Shown: piece by piece, positions 36,504-49,471 of the stretch | Position numbering within the stretch: the first letter of the stretch is position 1 | Layout: the number at the start of each line of letters is the position of its first letter | Assembly: GCF_032444005.1 (NCBI RefSeq) | Contig: NC_091289.1 | Span: forward strand, 64,852,001-64,916,000 | Direction: 5' to 3' | Length of the DNA stretch: 64,000 bases | Origin: Ranitomeya imitator | Taxonomy: Eukaryota | Translations under genes and position numbers: made by a program | The notes under the pieces: generated by a model | What the model saw: only the letters and a program-made list of their open reading frames with translations | Told to the model about the DNA's origin: nothing | Database searches by the model: none

Positions 36504-37945
36504 CAGGTGCTTCTCACTAAATTAGAATATCAGCAAAAAGTTAATTTCTTTCAGTTCTTCCTTACAAAAAAGTGAAACTCGTATATTGAGTCATTACAGA
36601 CAGAGTGATCTATTTCAATTGTTTTTCTGTTAATGTTGATGATTATGGCTTACAGCAAATGAAAACCCAAAAGTCATTATCTCAGTAAATTAGAATAATT
36701 AACAAAAAACACTTGCAAAGGCTTCCTAAGCATTTACAAAGGTCCCTTAGTCTGTTTCAGTAGGCTCCACAATCATGGGGAAGACTGCTGAGTTAACAGA
36801 TGTGCATAAGGCAGTCACTGACACTCCACAAGGAGGGTAAGTCACACAAGGTCATTGCTAAAGAAGCTGGTTGTTCAGAGTGCTGTATCCAAGCATATTA
36901 ATGGAAAGTTATGTGGAAGGAAAAAGTGTAGTACAAGCAACCGGGATAACCGCAGCCTTGAAAGGATTGTTAAGAAAAGGCCATTCAAAAATTCTGGGGA
37001 GATTCACAAGGAGTGGGCTGATGCTGGAGTCATTGCTTCAACAGCCACCACACACAGACGTATCCAGGACATGGGCTACAAGAAGCGTCTTACCTGGGCC
37101 AAGGAGAAAAAGAACTGGACTGCTGCTCAGTCGTCCAAGGTGTTTTCAGATGAAAGTAAATTTTGCCTTTCATTTGGAAACCAAGGTCCCAGAGTCTGGA
37201 GGAAGAGTGAAGAGGCCACAGTCCAAGCTGCTTGAAGTCTAGTGTGAGGTTTCCGCAATCAGTGATGGTTTGGGAGCCATGTCATCTGCTGGTGTAGCTC
37301 CACTGTGTTTTATCAAGACCAAAGTCAGTGCAGCCGTCTACCAGGAAATTTTAGAGCACTTCATGTTTCCCTCTGCTGACAAGCTTATTGGAGATGGAAA
37401 TTTCATTCTCCAGCAGGACTTGGCACCTGTCCACACTGCCAAAAGTACCAATACCTGGTTTACAAACAACAGTATCACTGTGCTTGATTGGCCAGCAAAC
37501 TCACCTGACCTTATCCCCATAGAGAATCAATGGAGTATTGTCAAGAGGAAGATGAGACCTCAACGCGTTATATTCACTGTGGTGCTTTCAATAAATTTCA
37601 CCTTTGTTATGCATTCAAAAATCCATATCTTGAGTGCAGCTGTTTTTTCAAGTCTTAGAGGAAGATGAGAGACGCCAGACCCAACAGTGCAGACAAGCTG
37701 AAGGCAAAGCAACCTGGGCTTCCATAACACCTCAGCAGTGCCACAGGCTGCTCGCCTCCATGCCACGAGGCATTGATGCAGTAATTGATGCAAAAGGAGC
37801 CCCGACCAAGTACTGAGTGCATTTACTGAACATACGGTACATTTCAGTAGGCCAACATTTCGGATTTTAAAACCATTTTTCAAGCTGGTGTTATAAAGTA
37901 TTCTAATTTACTGAGATAATGACTTTTGGGTTTTCATTGGCCGCA
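36504..37945 (+). mobile_element. Tc1-family DNA transposon, decayed; outer part of right TIR missing
   Basis: ta|caggtgcttctcac left end; transposase remnants from ATG 36775 to TGA 37816 (FSDESKF, QQDLAPVH, SPDLIPIEN) with frameshifts; inner right TIR at about 37898-37945. Confidence 0.9.
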
Positions 37946-40271
37946 CAAGCACCATCATCACTCAGGCTATCGGGCAGCGCCTTCTGTCTGCATTGCATTG
38001 CACCATGCCAAAGATGCACAGAGGAGTCCTTAATTACATATTTTTTTCTTTTCTGGATAACGTGAGCAGTAAAAGCTACAATACAAGAAGCTGAATAACA
38101 TGTCCCCTTGATATCTGCGGTCTGATGTTTTAGTCCTGAGAAATACACATTTTTCTGAATATGTAAACTAGCTGTTCACGTCTCTTCTAGCCCAGAGACG
38201 TTATCAAGGTTCTGCCCCCAGCACCTATATTAATGCTTGGCATTTCCTCGGTGGGCATATTGATCCTGTCTCTGAGTGTGTGATGTCAGGCTTTGTGCAG
38301 ATCGTCACTGTCCTACGTTCTGCGCAGTGATCTGCTCTTCTGTGGACACCGGCACCAACCATCTCCTCAGGCAGTGTCCATAGAAGAGCAGGACACGGCA
38401 CACCATCACACCACAGGTATCGGGGTCTCCCGTTATTCAGCTTCCTATGACCTACATGCCCATATTGATGACATAGAGGGGTTCATCCTACTGATAGATT
38501 TCCTCTAGGCTGAGGAGGCACAATGTCCTTACATCCTATCTTATGATTGATTGATGCAAATTCTGTATCTGATGAAATGAGCTGCCTCTGCCTCCACTTA
38601 CAAAGACTCTGCTTATATTATTTTGTAGAAGTAGTAAGCCATCATTTTTATATCCTGAGCAATGCACATGAGCATTGTCCTAAAATTCCCATGATAAACG
38701 GCACAAATATTCCAGTAGTGGTCTGCATACTTTTTATTGTAGCCCCTTTGCATTTCATAACGCATATATCTGTCACAAGTAAGGGTTAATTCCTGTTCTA
38801 TGATGGATGGATGGATATATCTATACACGACCTTGCATGTTCTGCCACCAGACCCAGAAAACAATAACCATGAACACTGATAAAAAAACCAATAAAACAA
38901 TAAACCTACTTAACTGCTAATGCCATGTCCGTAATGACCCGACCTATAAAATAACTAATCTGAACAGCAAACGAACGCACCAAAAAAAAGACAGAACTGC
39001 TTTCTCATTCTCTTCATCTGCCCCCCAATCACCGGGACAATTGTGGTAAGAAAAAAATCATGTACCTGAAATGTCGATGGATGAGTCAAATAAACCCTTC
39101 AACAGACAAAGTAATGGCTTCAGATAATATTGAGCGAGGAAAAGAAGGGATTTTATTATGCAAAAGTTACAAAATATAAGAAATGGCCCCGTTTCTTCAG
39201 TTTGCGCCAAAAATCTGGTAATACTGTTGGAAATGTCGCCACATTTTAGTGAGACTTGGCATTTTTTCTGAGCTTAGGGTGGAGTTTGATGGGAAGTGGT
39301 CGCGGCCGAGTGTCACTTACAAATTATTGAATTACATACCATAGAGATGTATGCCGGTCGGTGACCGGAGTACAGTTTCTACAATGGCGCACGACAGCTG
39401 AAAGCCAAGCCAAATTCATTAACTGGTGAATGCAAATTGCCCGTCTTGCTAAATTGGGCCTTAGGCATTGTCATAATGGTACTGTCCTGCAAAATAATGT
39501 TCACGCGTCACCTTAACTACACAGTAAGCGCAAAACTTAAAGAATTGTTTTCTTTTGTTTTTGTTTTTTTTTTCCATTCTTCTCCCCAAAACATTATTTG
39601 TACCCCATAATGGTGCCATTTAAATAATACATCTTGTCCTACATGAAATATGTAACTGTATGTCTCTAAGTAATAAAACAAGACCCCAAATAGCTGCAGC
39701 CTGATTGGCTTAGTAAAGTGTAATTTGCGATAGTAGTGTCCGTTACACCAGGACTGTACGGCAGCCTATGACTGTAGTAACATTGCAGACAGAGGCACAC
39801 GGCCGTTGTAAGATGAGCGTGGCACTGCCACGTTAAAGGGAATCTGACAGCAGCATGTTGCAGGAACAGAGGTCCTGATTCCATTGATGAGTCGCTTAGT
39901 TTACAGAGTGCAGCAGTTGTAATAGAATCCGTTTTCTCTGCTGCAGATCTAGCAGAGCTCTGAATGCTCAGCTGTGTATAACCCCGACTACACCACTGAT
40001 TGGCAGCTTTCTATGTACATTGTATATGTAAGCTGCAAATCAGTGCTGCGGCAGAGTTGGACTAGGAGGCACCGTGCAGCTTGTCCTCCAATGCAGTGAT
40101 AATCTCATCATGATAAAACACCGATTGTATTGAAATTGCAAAATACGGCCTGGTAAGTGACACATTGCTAGAATCGGGGTCTGGCTCTTTACGTCATGCT
40201 GCTCTCAGATTACATGGCAAACGCCTTGTGACAGATCCTTTATAACTGGCATACAAAATGTCAGTCTTTAA

Positions 40272-40688
40272 ATGTGTTGTCCAGTCTAAATGCTAAGACT
40301 GCAGTCACTCTGTGTGACGGCAGACTTCTGAATCCCCCCAGCACATGCAGTGTGTGTTGCCGGGAATGGTGGTGATGTAAGCATTATGCATGCTCCTGGG
40401 CAGAACCTGTCTAGTGGGTGCGACCTCGCTCCATACACCTGCATGGGGTGAGGCCTTGCCCATCTAGTGATATGGCCATCTAGTGGCTGCAACCTCAATA
40501 CAAGTGTATGGGTGGAGAAGTCTCCCACTAGACGGCCTCTGGCCGGGAGTATGCATAACGCATACATCACCGCCGTTATCAGCGCAGGCGAATCCTTGCA
40601 GTGTGTGCACTGGGGGGATTCATAAGTCTGCAGTCACACAGAGTGACACAGTGTCTGCAGACTTCTCATTTTAGACCGGACAACCCCT
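40272..40688. mobile_element. TTAA-target MITE (T2/Kolobok-like)
   Basis: ttaa|atgtgttgtccagtctaaa ... tttagaccggacaacccct|ttaa. Confidence 0.75.
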
Positions 40689-40816
40689 TTAATGAACATG
40701 GGCTCAAGTCTTTCCAAGCATGCATCTGCTGTAAGTGTTCCTATCTCCATTATGGGGTGTGAGGGATGGACGTGCGCACTGGTAAATGTATAGACCTTGT
40801 GACTCCCCCGTTTCAG

Positions 40817-40976
40817 GCGTACTTCCTGGGGTGTGCCCAGAGCTCTGACACCGAGGCTCTGCCGGAGACCCTACGATGGCTGACACATCCTCTGGGGAAG
40901 AACTTCTTCATCAGCTCTAACTGGACTGTGAAGGCTGCAGCAAAGGAGTCCATGTACAGCTCCTCAAGGAACCCAG
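40817..40976 (+). CDS. SREBF2: SREBF2 exon 12
   Basis: tttcag|GCG TAC TTC ... AAC CCA G|gtatgg; AYFLGCAQS...LRWLTHPLGKNFF...SSRNP. Confidence 0.93.
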
Positions 40977-41129
40977 GTATGGGGGCTTGTACTTACTGTC
41001 GCAGTGGAGAGCCGTAACCAGGTCGCCATATTGGCAGCAGTTGATTTATTCTCAGATTCGATGACTTTCACAGATTGCTGTTATTAGTGATCAGTCGCCA
41101 AACCGAACACTTCTCATTTTCTCTTGCAG

Positions 41130-41241
41130 CTGATCCCATTGCTCAAATCAATCGGGCGTTTTGTGAGTCTTTGCTGGAGAAAGCGTTGTATGCTCTCGCT
41201 AAGCCGGAGGCTAGCAAACTCTCACTGGAGGAAGAAAGCTG
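41130..41241 (+). CDS. SREBF2: SREBF2 exon 13
   Basis: ttgcag|CT GAT CCC ... GAA AGC TG|gtacgg; ADPIAQINRAFCESLLEKA...EEES. Confidence 0.92.
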
Positions 41242-41605
41242 GTACGGACAATGCTTGTGTGTGATTTACTGTCCCTAAACTTTAGGATGAATATCTGACC
41301 GTATTCCTGTGTTCTATTCCCATGGATTATTGGTGTTTGTGGTTTCCACCTACACCCCTCATCTGTAGCCTGATCCTGCCGGCATGGATCACTAGGACTC
41401 TGCTTGTCACATTGGATTAAAGGGTCACCCACCTTAATTTAAAGCGTAACCATCGTCTTAATTATTTCATAAATCAATAGTACACATAAGAAATATTACA
41501 AAGATGCTTATTTTTATCAGATAAATCTGCTATTTTCTCTGATCATTTATGGGTTCATGGTTGAAATCGGTGTTCAGTGAACTGTCAGTTAGTGCTTATA
41601 AAATT

Positions 41606-43298
41606 CTATGGAGGGAGGAGCCAGAGGCCAACACAGGCAGTAACAGTTCTGCATAGAGCTATGGAGGGAGGAGCCAGAGGCCGGCACAGGCAGTAACAGT
41701 TCTGCATAGAGCTATGGAGGGAGGAGCCAGAGGCCGACACAGGCAGTAACAGTTCTCCATAGAGCTATGGAGGAGCTAGAGGCCGACACAGGCAGTAACA
41801 GTTCTCCATAGAGCTATGGAGGGAGGATCCAGAGGCCGGCACAGGCAGTAACAGTTCTGCATAGAGCTATGGAGGGAGGAGCCAGAGGCCGACACAGGAA
41901 ATAACAGTTCTCCATAGAGCTATGGAAGGAGGAGCCAGAGGCCGACACAGGCAGTAACAGTTCTCCATAGAGCTATGGAGGGAGGAGCCAGAGGCCGACA
42001 CAGGCAGTAACAGTTCTCCATAGAGCTATGGAGGGAGGAGCCAGAGGCCGACACAGGCAGTAACAGTTCTCCATAGAGCTATGGAGGGAGGAGCCAGAGG
42101 CCGACACAGGCAGTAACAGTTCTCCATAGAGCTATGGAGGGAGGAGCCAGAGGCCGACACAGGAAATAACAGTTCTCCATAGAGCTATGGAGGGAGGAGC
42201 CAGAGGCCGACACAGGCAGTAACAGTTCTGCATAGAGCTATGGAGGGAGGAGCCAGAGGCCGACACAGGCAGTAACAGTTCTCCATAGAGCTATGGAGGG
42301 AGGAGCCAGAGGCCGACACAGGAAATAACAGTTCTCCATAGAGCTATGGAGGGAGGAGCCAGAGGCCAACACAGGCAGTAACAGTTCTGCATAGAGCTAT
42401 GGAGGGAGGATCCAGAGGCAGACACAGGCAGTAACAGTTCTCCATAGAGCTATGGAGGGAGGATCCAGAGGCAGACACAGGCAGTAACAGTTCTGCATAG
42501 AGCTATGGAGGGAGGAGCCAGAGGCCGGCACAGGCAGTAACAGTTCTCCATAGAGCTATGGAGGGAGGAGCCAGAGGCCGACACAGGAAATAACAGTTCT
42601 CCATAGAGCTATGGAGGGAGGAGCCAGAGGCCGACACAGGCAGTAACAGTTCTGCATAGAGCTATGGAGGGAGGATCCAGAGGCAGACACAGGCAGTAAC
42701 AGTTCTCCATAGAGCTATGGAGGGAGGAGCCAGAGGCCGACACAGGCAGTAACAGTTCTCCATAGAGCTATGGAGGGAGGAGCCAGAGGCCGACACAGGC
42801 AGTAACAGTTCTCCATAGAGCTATGGAGGGAGGAGCCAGAGGCAGACACAGGCAGTAACAGTTCTCCATAGAGCTATGGAGGGAGGAGCCAGAGGCCGAC
42901 ACAGGCAGTAACAGTTCTGCATAGAGCTATGGAGGGAGGAGCCAGAGGCCGACACAGGCAGTAACAGTTCTCCATAGAGCTATGGAGGGAGGAGCCAGAG
43001 GCCGACACAGGCAGTAACAGTTCTCCATAGAGCTATGGAGGGAGGAGCCAGAGGCCGACACAGGCAGTAACAGTTCTCCATAGAGCTATGGAGGGAGGAG
43101 CCAGAGGCCGACACAGGCAGTAACAGTTCTCCATAGAGCTTTGAAGGGAGGAGCCAGAGGCCGACACAGGCAGTAACAGTTCTCCATAGAGCTATGGAGG
43201 GAGGAGCCAGAGGCCGACACAGGCAGTAACAGTTCTCCATAGAGCTATGGAGGGAGGAGCCAGAGGCCGGCACAGGCAGTAACAGTTCTCCATAGAGC
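41606..43298. repeat. 53-bp minisatellite, about 32 copies, intron 13
   Basis: Unit gagctatggagggaggagccagaggccgacacaggcagtaacagttctccata. Confidence 0.97.
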
Positions 43299-44043
43299 GT
43301 TATGAGCACCAACTGTCATCTATCTCAGTAATAGGATAGTCTGTATTCACTGAAGGCACTGCAGATTTACTCCTGGACTGAGACTGTTGAGTGAATGATC
43401 CCTCTAGGAGAAAGAAGCAGATTTCTATGATAATATATCAGTGCAATCTGTGAGGATGGTGGCACTAACAAGTTCAGGGGAAGAACCTCTAACACTTATT
43501 AAAGTACGTGCCATAACACACAGGTTAAATTGTTAACTTTGTATTCTGAAATTCATCCTAATTACCGTATGTATGTAATGCTGTGAAAGTGTATTAAACA
43601 CTTGCTGGATTCCAGAGCCGCTCTGGTCGTCTTCTGACCCTTGTGACCTGAAATCAGACTAGCCGGCTCCCCCACGGGTCTTTGTGGGGCTGAACGTGGT
43701 TTCCCAGCATGAGCCGCTCATAGACTTCCACTGGGAAAGCCGCTCCCGCTCCACATAGTAGATGCTGTGCGAACTGGTAGTGCTGTCACACAGGTCCGGA
43801 ATGGCACTGGAAACCAGAGAAGACTGCGATCACAATGGATTTTCATACACTTCACACAATTACATAATTAGTATGAATTCTAGGATTTGATGAAAAAAGT
43901 GAAGAGATGTCATCTTTAGTATGAAGATACATGGGCCATCACTTTAGTTACTTGCTGTCCAAGACCCGCCAACTTCAGCACATCGTTTCCAGTCTTCTTC
44001 CATTGTTTTTCTGTTAAGATGTTTGTTTTTTGTTGTTCTGCAG

Positions 44044-44156
44044 TGAGTTTTCCAAAGCTCAAGAGTATTTGAAACTTTTAAGTGTGTTTGCGGACTCTGT
44101 AAGCGGCGTCAGCTTTCTCCCTATCGGAGGTTCATCCTGCATGCTGACATCTACTA
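44044..44156 (+). CDS. SREBF2: SREBF2 exon 14
   Basis: ctgcag|T GAG TTT TCC ... TCT ACT A|gtaagt; (C)EFSKAQEYLKLLSVFADSV. Confidence 0.9.
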
Positions 44157-44326
44157 GTAAGTAAAAGTCACAGGAAATAACTTGTCAAATTTGTACAGTC
44201 TCAACTTCTTTTAATATTTTATTTTTACTTTTTAGATCACTACTTGTTTTTAACAAAATAAAAAATGTAACTGCGTAAGAGAAATAAAGAGTATGCCTTT
44301 TGTAGCAGTGTGATTTGTGATTGTAG

Positions 44327-44456
44327 GCACAGATCCTGTCTGCCGCTGGTGGTACTCGGTGACCTCCATGGCTGTTGGCTGGATGCAGGGGGATGATACC
44401 GTAGTGAAATCTCATTATTTGGATGTGGAGAGGATACCGAAGCTGCTGGATCCTGA
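44327..44456 (+). CDS. SREBF2: SREBF2 exon 15
   Basis: ttgtag|GC ACA GAT CCT ... CCT GA|gtaagc; TDPVCRWWYSVTSMAVGWMQGDD...VERIPKLLDP. Confidence 0.9.
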
Positions 44457-45607
44457 GTAAGCCCCTTCAGTAACATCTAAAAATAATTTATTAAACCCAA
44501 ATCAAAAGAAAAATCAATTAATTTCATGAACCTCTTCCCACTCCATGCTGTGGTATTACGTCATGGGTGGTTGCCCCAAATACATTGTTAGGAGTGGAGC
44601 CCTCGCCTTCCTCAATAGGTGTCGGCCATAATATTCAGCTGATGGTCTGCGCCTGCAGTGGTCCGGGTCTGCGCCTGCAGTGGTCCGGGTCTGCGCCTGC
44701 TTTCATCCTGACTGGCTGTTTAACACTCTAGATGCCATGGTCAATAGGGACTACAACATCTATGCAGTTAACATAGGGAGGGGGCTCCCATATACAAGGC
44801 TTTCATAACTTAAAGTACGCAGCTAACAGAAAAATCCTCTCCAAATGACATTTTATTGTTTTTAAAATCACAAAACCATTTATATACAACATATATGTAA
44901 AAAGATGAAAAAAAACAAAAAACGATCAACATAATGTGTTTTTGACAATATAAGCACAAGACAGTTACTAGTATTTAACCCTAATGACTTTGCACTACCT
45001 AACAGTAAAGCTTGGCCTATTATTTAAGCAAATGGCACCCTTCTCCTCTCACTGGCCTAAGTGTCCATATTCAAGATACCAATGCAGCAAAATCTGGTCT
45101 CAACTATGCAAATGTGATGTAATCGGAGAACAGTCTAATTTTGGGACACACAACCTGATTCCAGCGATGTGTCACTTACTGGACCGCTTGGTGCAGTTTT
45201 GGTAAAATCCCTGTTTTCTATGCTGTAGACCTAGCAGTTCTCTGAATGCTGAGCTCTGTATAACCCCACCCACACCACTGATTGGTAGCTCCCTCTGCAT
45301 TTTCAGAAAGCTGCAAATCAGTGGAGGGGGTGGAGTTATACAGATTAGCCTTACTGATCTTCACCTGAGACCTAGGCCTGCAGTCATAATCTCCAGCTGA
45401 TAAAACACTGATTGTATTGAACCTAGAGCACACAGCCTAATAAGTGACACATCCCTGGAATCCTGATCTCTGCCCCTACGTTATGATCTCCGGACAGATT
45501 GCCTTTGTTCTCTTGTGTAGTATGCAGCTTGTACCTGTCTGATGTGCTATGGTGAGTGCACTTGAGTCATCTGGTGCCTTATAGGACTGATCTTATTTCT
45601 TATTCAG

Positions 45608-45773
45608 GAACCCCTTAGTGAAAGCCGTTGCTCACCTGTGCAGAGCCTTGCATATGTCATTGTCTGGGAAGACGGACAGCGCCCAAAATTCCTTCAGTCA
45701 GTGCGAGAAAGCCAGCGCCTTTTTGTGGAATAGCCTGAACATGAACAGCTCCAGCAATAACGATCTGAACAAG
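45608..45773 (+). CDS. SREBF2: SREBF2 exon 16
   Basis: attcag|G AAC CCC TTA ... AAC AAG|gtgatg; NPLVKAVAHLCRALH...CEKASAFLWNSLN. Confidence 0.94.
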
Positions 45774-45845
45774 GTGATGGCTGGATACATTGTGGCGCCA
45801 CTTTTCTTCTTGTCTTTTCTTCTTTTTCAGATCCTCTTGGCGTCC

Positions 45846-45913
45846 CCCTGGTGCATTGTTGTTGCATTGCATGTGGTTAGCGTCTGTGCAATGTTCCTTC
45901 AGTGCAGTATGGA
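45846..45913 (+). ncRNA. MIR33: pre-miR-33 hairpin in SREBF2 intron 16 (5p arm 45851-45871, 3p arm about 45889-45909)
   Basis: GTGCATTGTTGTTGCATTGCA followed by a loop and TGCAATGTTCCTTCAGTGCAG, which pairs back imperfectly. It has the miR-33 seed UGCAUUG and the same intron position as vertebrate miR-33a. Confidence 0.93.
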
Positions 45914-46339
45914 GGCTTCAGATCATCCTCGTGAAGTTAGGATAGATCAACAATTCTATTGCAATCTTTTGATTTTACTTTTTTCTCTTTAAGCTTTATT
46001 TATAGGAAATATTAAAGGTTCTTAAATGTTAATTATGAGGTTAGCTACAGAACCAGATGGCTGAATCCGCGAGGATGCCCAAAGATCACATCCATATTTT
46101 TGTCCATTATTGCATATATGTTAATTTTAGACGATTAAATGGGTTTTCTGGTTCTTGATACTAGTGACCTGTCCTAAAGATAAGTGGCCACAGTCTTCTG
46201 ATAGGTGGAGGCCTTTGGAAACTGTGCTGTTCAGCTCCATTCATATTGCCCGGGAGCAGCAGATGAGCTCGCATCCTCTCTAAAAATATTTACTGAATAT
46301 TATGACCTATGGTCGACTTTATGCAGTATCTGATCCTCT

Positions 46340-47389
46340 TGTGCATCACCACCCGTGCCTATTAACTAGTTAAACTCTGACAGCGGCATTTAACAAGCGC
46401 TTCCAGCCATCTGGAAATGCGCGCACCGCTGACCCCCGTCACAGACCTCTATGGTTGTTTAATGCCAGCTTGCTGTGAGCGCTGCCCTGTGGTCGGCGCT
46501 CATAGCAAGGCTGTAATTCAGCTACATAGGGGCGATCTGAGCATAGCCTCTATGTAGCAGAGCCGATCAGGATATGCCAGCTTCTAGCCTCCTATAGAGA
46601 CTATTGAAGCATGGCAAAAGTAAAAAAAAAAAAAAAAAATGTAAAATATGAAAAAAATGTAAAAGTCCAAATCACCCCCCTTTCCCCCCATTAAAAATAA
46701 AGCAATAGAAAAAAAATCAAACCTACACATATTTGGTATTGCCACGTTCAGAATCGCCCGATCTATCAAAACAAAGAATTAACCTGATCGCTAAACGGCG
46801 TAGCGAGAAAAAAAAATCTAAACGCCATAATTACGTTTTTTGATCGCCGCAGTAACGGGCGATCAAAAGAACGTATCTGCACCAAAACGGTATCATTAAA
46901 AACGTCAGCTCGGCACGCAAAAAATAAGCGCCTTCACCCAACCAAAGATCACAAAAAATCGAGACTCTACAGGTATCGGAAAATTGCGCTTTTTTTTTTT
47001 TTTAAGTAAAGTTTGGATTTTTATTTCACTACTTAGATAAAAAAATAACCTAGACATATTTGGTGTCTATGACCTCATAATGACCTGGAGAATCATAATG
47101 GCAGGTCCGTTTTTTAGCATTTAGTGAACTTAGCAAAAAAAACAAACAAAAAGCAAGTGTGGGATTGCACTTTTTTTTAGCAATTTCACCGCAGTTCCGT
47201 TTTTTTCCCCGTTTTCTAGTACTGGGCACGGTAAAACCAATGATGTCGTTCAAAAGTACAACTCGTCCCGCAAAAAAATAAGCCCTCACATGGACATATT
47301 GACGGAAAATTAAAAAAGTTATGGCTCTGGGAAGGAGGAGAGCGAAAAATGAAAATGCAAAACTGAAAAAAGCTCAGGGGGTTAAGGGG
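46340..47389 (-). mobile_element. TTAA-family element, inverted relative to 7273-8550
   Basis: Extended reverse-complement similarity; ends aagggg|ttaa. Confidence 0.75.
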
Positions 47390-48950
47390 TTAAAATGTTC
47401 ATATGTTGGCTTGTTTTTATTTGCTAGTCCCATTAGGGGACTTGGACCGGCACCATACTATTGCTGTATGTAGTACATACACTACAGAAGCTGGATATCA
47501 TACAAGAGATCATATGAGCCAGACCTTGGCTTTCATAGCACCCCATTTGCTCCCTTCGATTGCGTTGCAGGGGGTCAATGGAAGTCTGGTCTAACATCCA
47601 GGCCGACTTACGATGCTTAAATGCTGTTGTCAGTGATTGACAGGGGCATTAAAGAAGTTATCAGCAGCAATCAGCAGGCGCTCTGATCACTGCTGTTAGT
47701 CAGATGCCGGCTACATAATGTAGTGACATCTGCCCTGTCTGGATCAGGCTCTGCTTCTGAGCCCGCTCCAAAGTCCCGAACACACTCCATACCGTATACC
47801 GTCATGGAGCATGAGCGTAAAATACTTACCGATCGCCATCTACAACCCTTTTTAAATAAATTAAATATTTTAATATATTTGGATTAAATCCTCTACATAA
47901 TTAGAATGATTTAGGAATCGCCAAGCTCCACTGTTAACCACTTAAATGCCTGTGTCCCCAGTTCCCCCTTCCCACAAACTCTGCGACGTGTTGATGGGTT
48001 CTGTTGTAGACCCCTGTGATAGTCCCCCCGATGGTGCTCTTACGAAAACCAACCTGTCAGTGGTGTCGATAGGAGACCTTGATTTTTACTATATACTGTA
48101 ATAATGCAGTATTTTATATAAGTGATCGGACGATCACAGGTTCAAGCCCCTTAATGGGACAAAGTAAAAAATAATGTTAATGTTTTAAAAAAGTTTTTAA
48201 AAATATAAACTACTGAATCACCCTTGTTCCCCCATAACAAATACACATGTTCTTAAAATTACGATCTAGAAGAATGTAAAATTTAACAACCTGATTGGTA
48301 TATGTCGTAATGAAAAAAAAAGGTGAAAATGCCCGAATTGAGTTTTTTGAACTCTGCAACTCTGTGAAAATATGCCAGAAGAAAATACCAAAATGTTGCA
48401 TCTTCCCCAAAAATGCAGTCGGTAAGAAGTTAGCTCGCCCATAAAAAACAGCCCTCACACAATTCTTTCGACCAAAAATAAAAACGTTACAGATCTTGGG
48501 AAAATAGCGACCGCCATCAAAATGTATTTGTTTTTCGCCAGTTTAAAAGAAAAAATAAAATGTTACCCATCAATGGACACTGTAGAAACAAAACCCCCCA
48601 AACAGTTGTGGAATTGTGGGGGGATTTTTTGTTTGTTTTTTGTGCACTTTAAATGTGGTTTCCAGTACATTGAGTTGTAATATAAATGTTGCCATTCAGA
48701 TCCACAAATCTTCCCGCAGAAAGCAAGCCCTGAGATGTCACTAGAGAAATGTCATCGTACCGGCTCTTGGAAACAGGAGGGAAATTGTAGAGCACAAACA
48801 AATGTAAAATCACCTGATCGTGAAGTGGGGTCCTTCCCATGACCCCCAGATGCGGTGATGGGGCATAGAGATCGGTGTGCTCTTACCTTGAGTTCCCCTA
48901 GGTGTGGCAGGGAATACACTTTGGTTCTGATGCAATGGTGATTTTTCCAG

Positions 48951-49136
48951 GTCCTGCAGCTCCTGCTGTGTGACCTTCTGCTCTCCATGAGGACCTCCTT
49001 ATGGCAGAAGCAGGCCTGTGCCACCCCAGCGCCAGGAGATGCGGCTCACGCTTCCACGTCTGTGCTGACCGGATTCCAGAGGGACCTCAGCAGTCTCCGC
49101 AGATTGGCCCTCACCTTTAAGCCTGCACAGTGCAAG
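48951..49136 (+). CDS. SREBF2: SREBF2 exon 17
   Basis: ttccag|GTC CTG CAG ... TGC AAG|gtacgc; VLQLLLCDLLLSMRTSLWQKQ...GFQRDLSSLRRLA. Confidence 0.94.
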
Positions 49137-49221
49137 GTACGCCTGATTAGTGGGGTTGTATCACAATGACAGGAATGATTTCACATTTTGAAGTCTCTAA
49201 CTGAAATGTGTTCTATTTTAG

Positions 49222-49333
49222 TTGTTCCTGCATGAAGCCACAGTCCGCCTTATGGCTGGAGCGAGTCCCACCCGTACACACCAGTTACTGCAGCACAGCC
49301 TTCAGAAACGCCCCCCAAACACCAGCAAGCCAG
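49222..49333 (+). CDS. SREBF2: SREBF2 exon 18
   Basis: ttttag|TTG TTC CTG CAT GAA ... CCA G|gtattt; [27 protein letters not shown]. Confidence 0.95.
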
Positions 49334-49471
49334 GTATTTCCTCATCTCACTACACCCTTCCATAATTGTGTAGCTAGATAGCCGAAACAACAGCGCCCCC
49401 TTATGAGAATTGGGTGTGTGCACATCCCTATAGCACACGCCCATAAATCTCAATCTTGCAAATGAATGAAA

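Noticed and set aside
42980-43312. 110-aa minus-strand ORF
   Set aside because: Translation of the 53-bp repeat.
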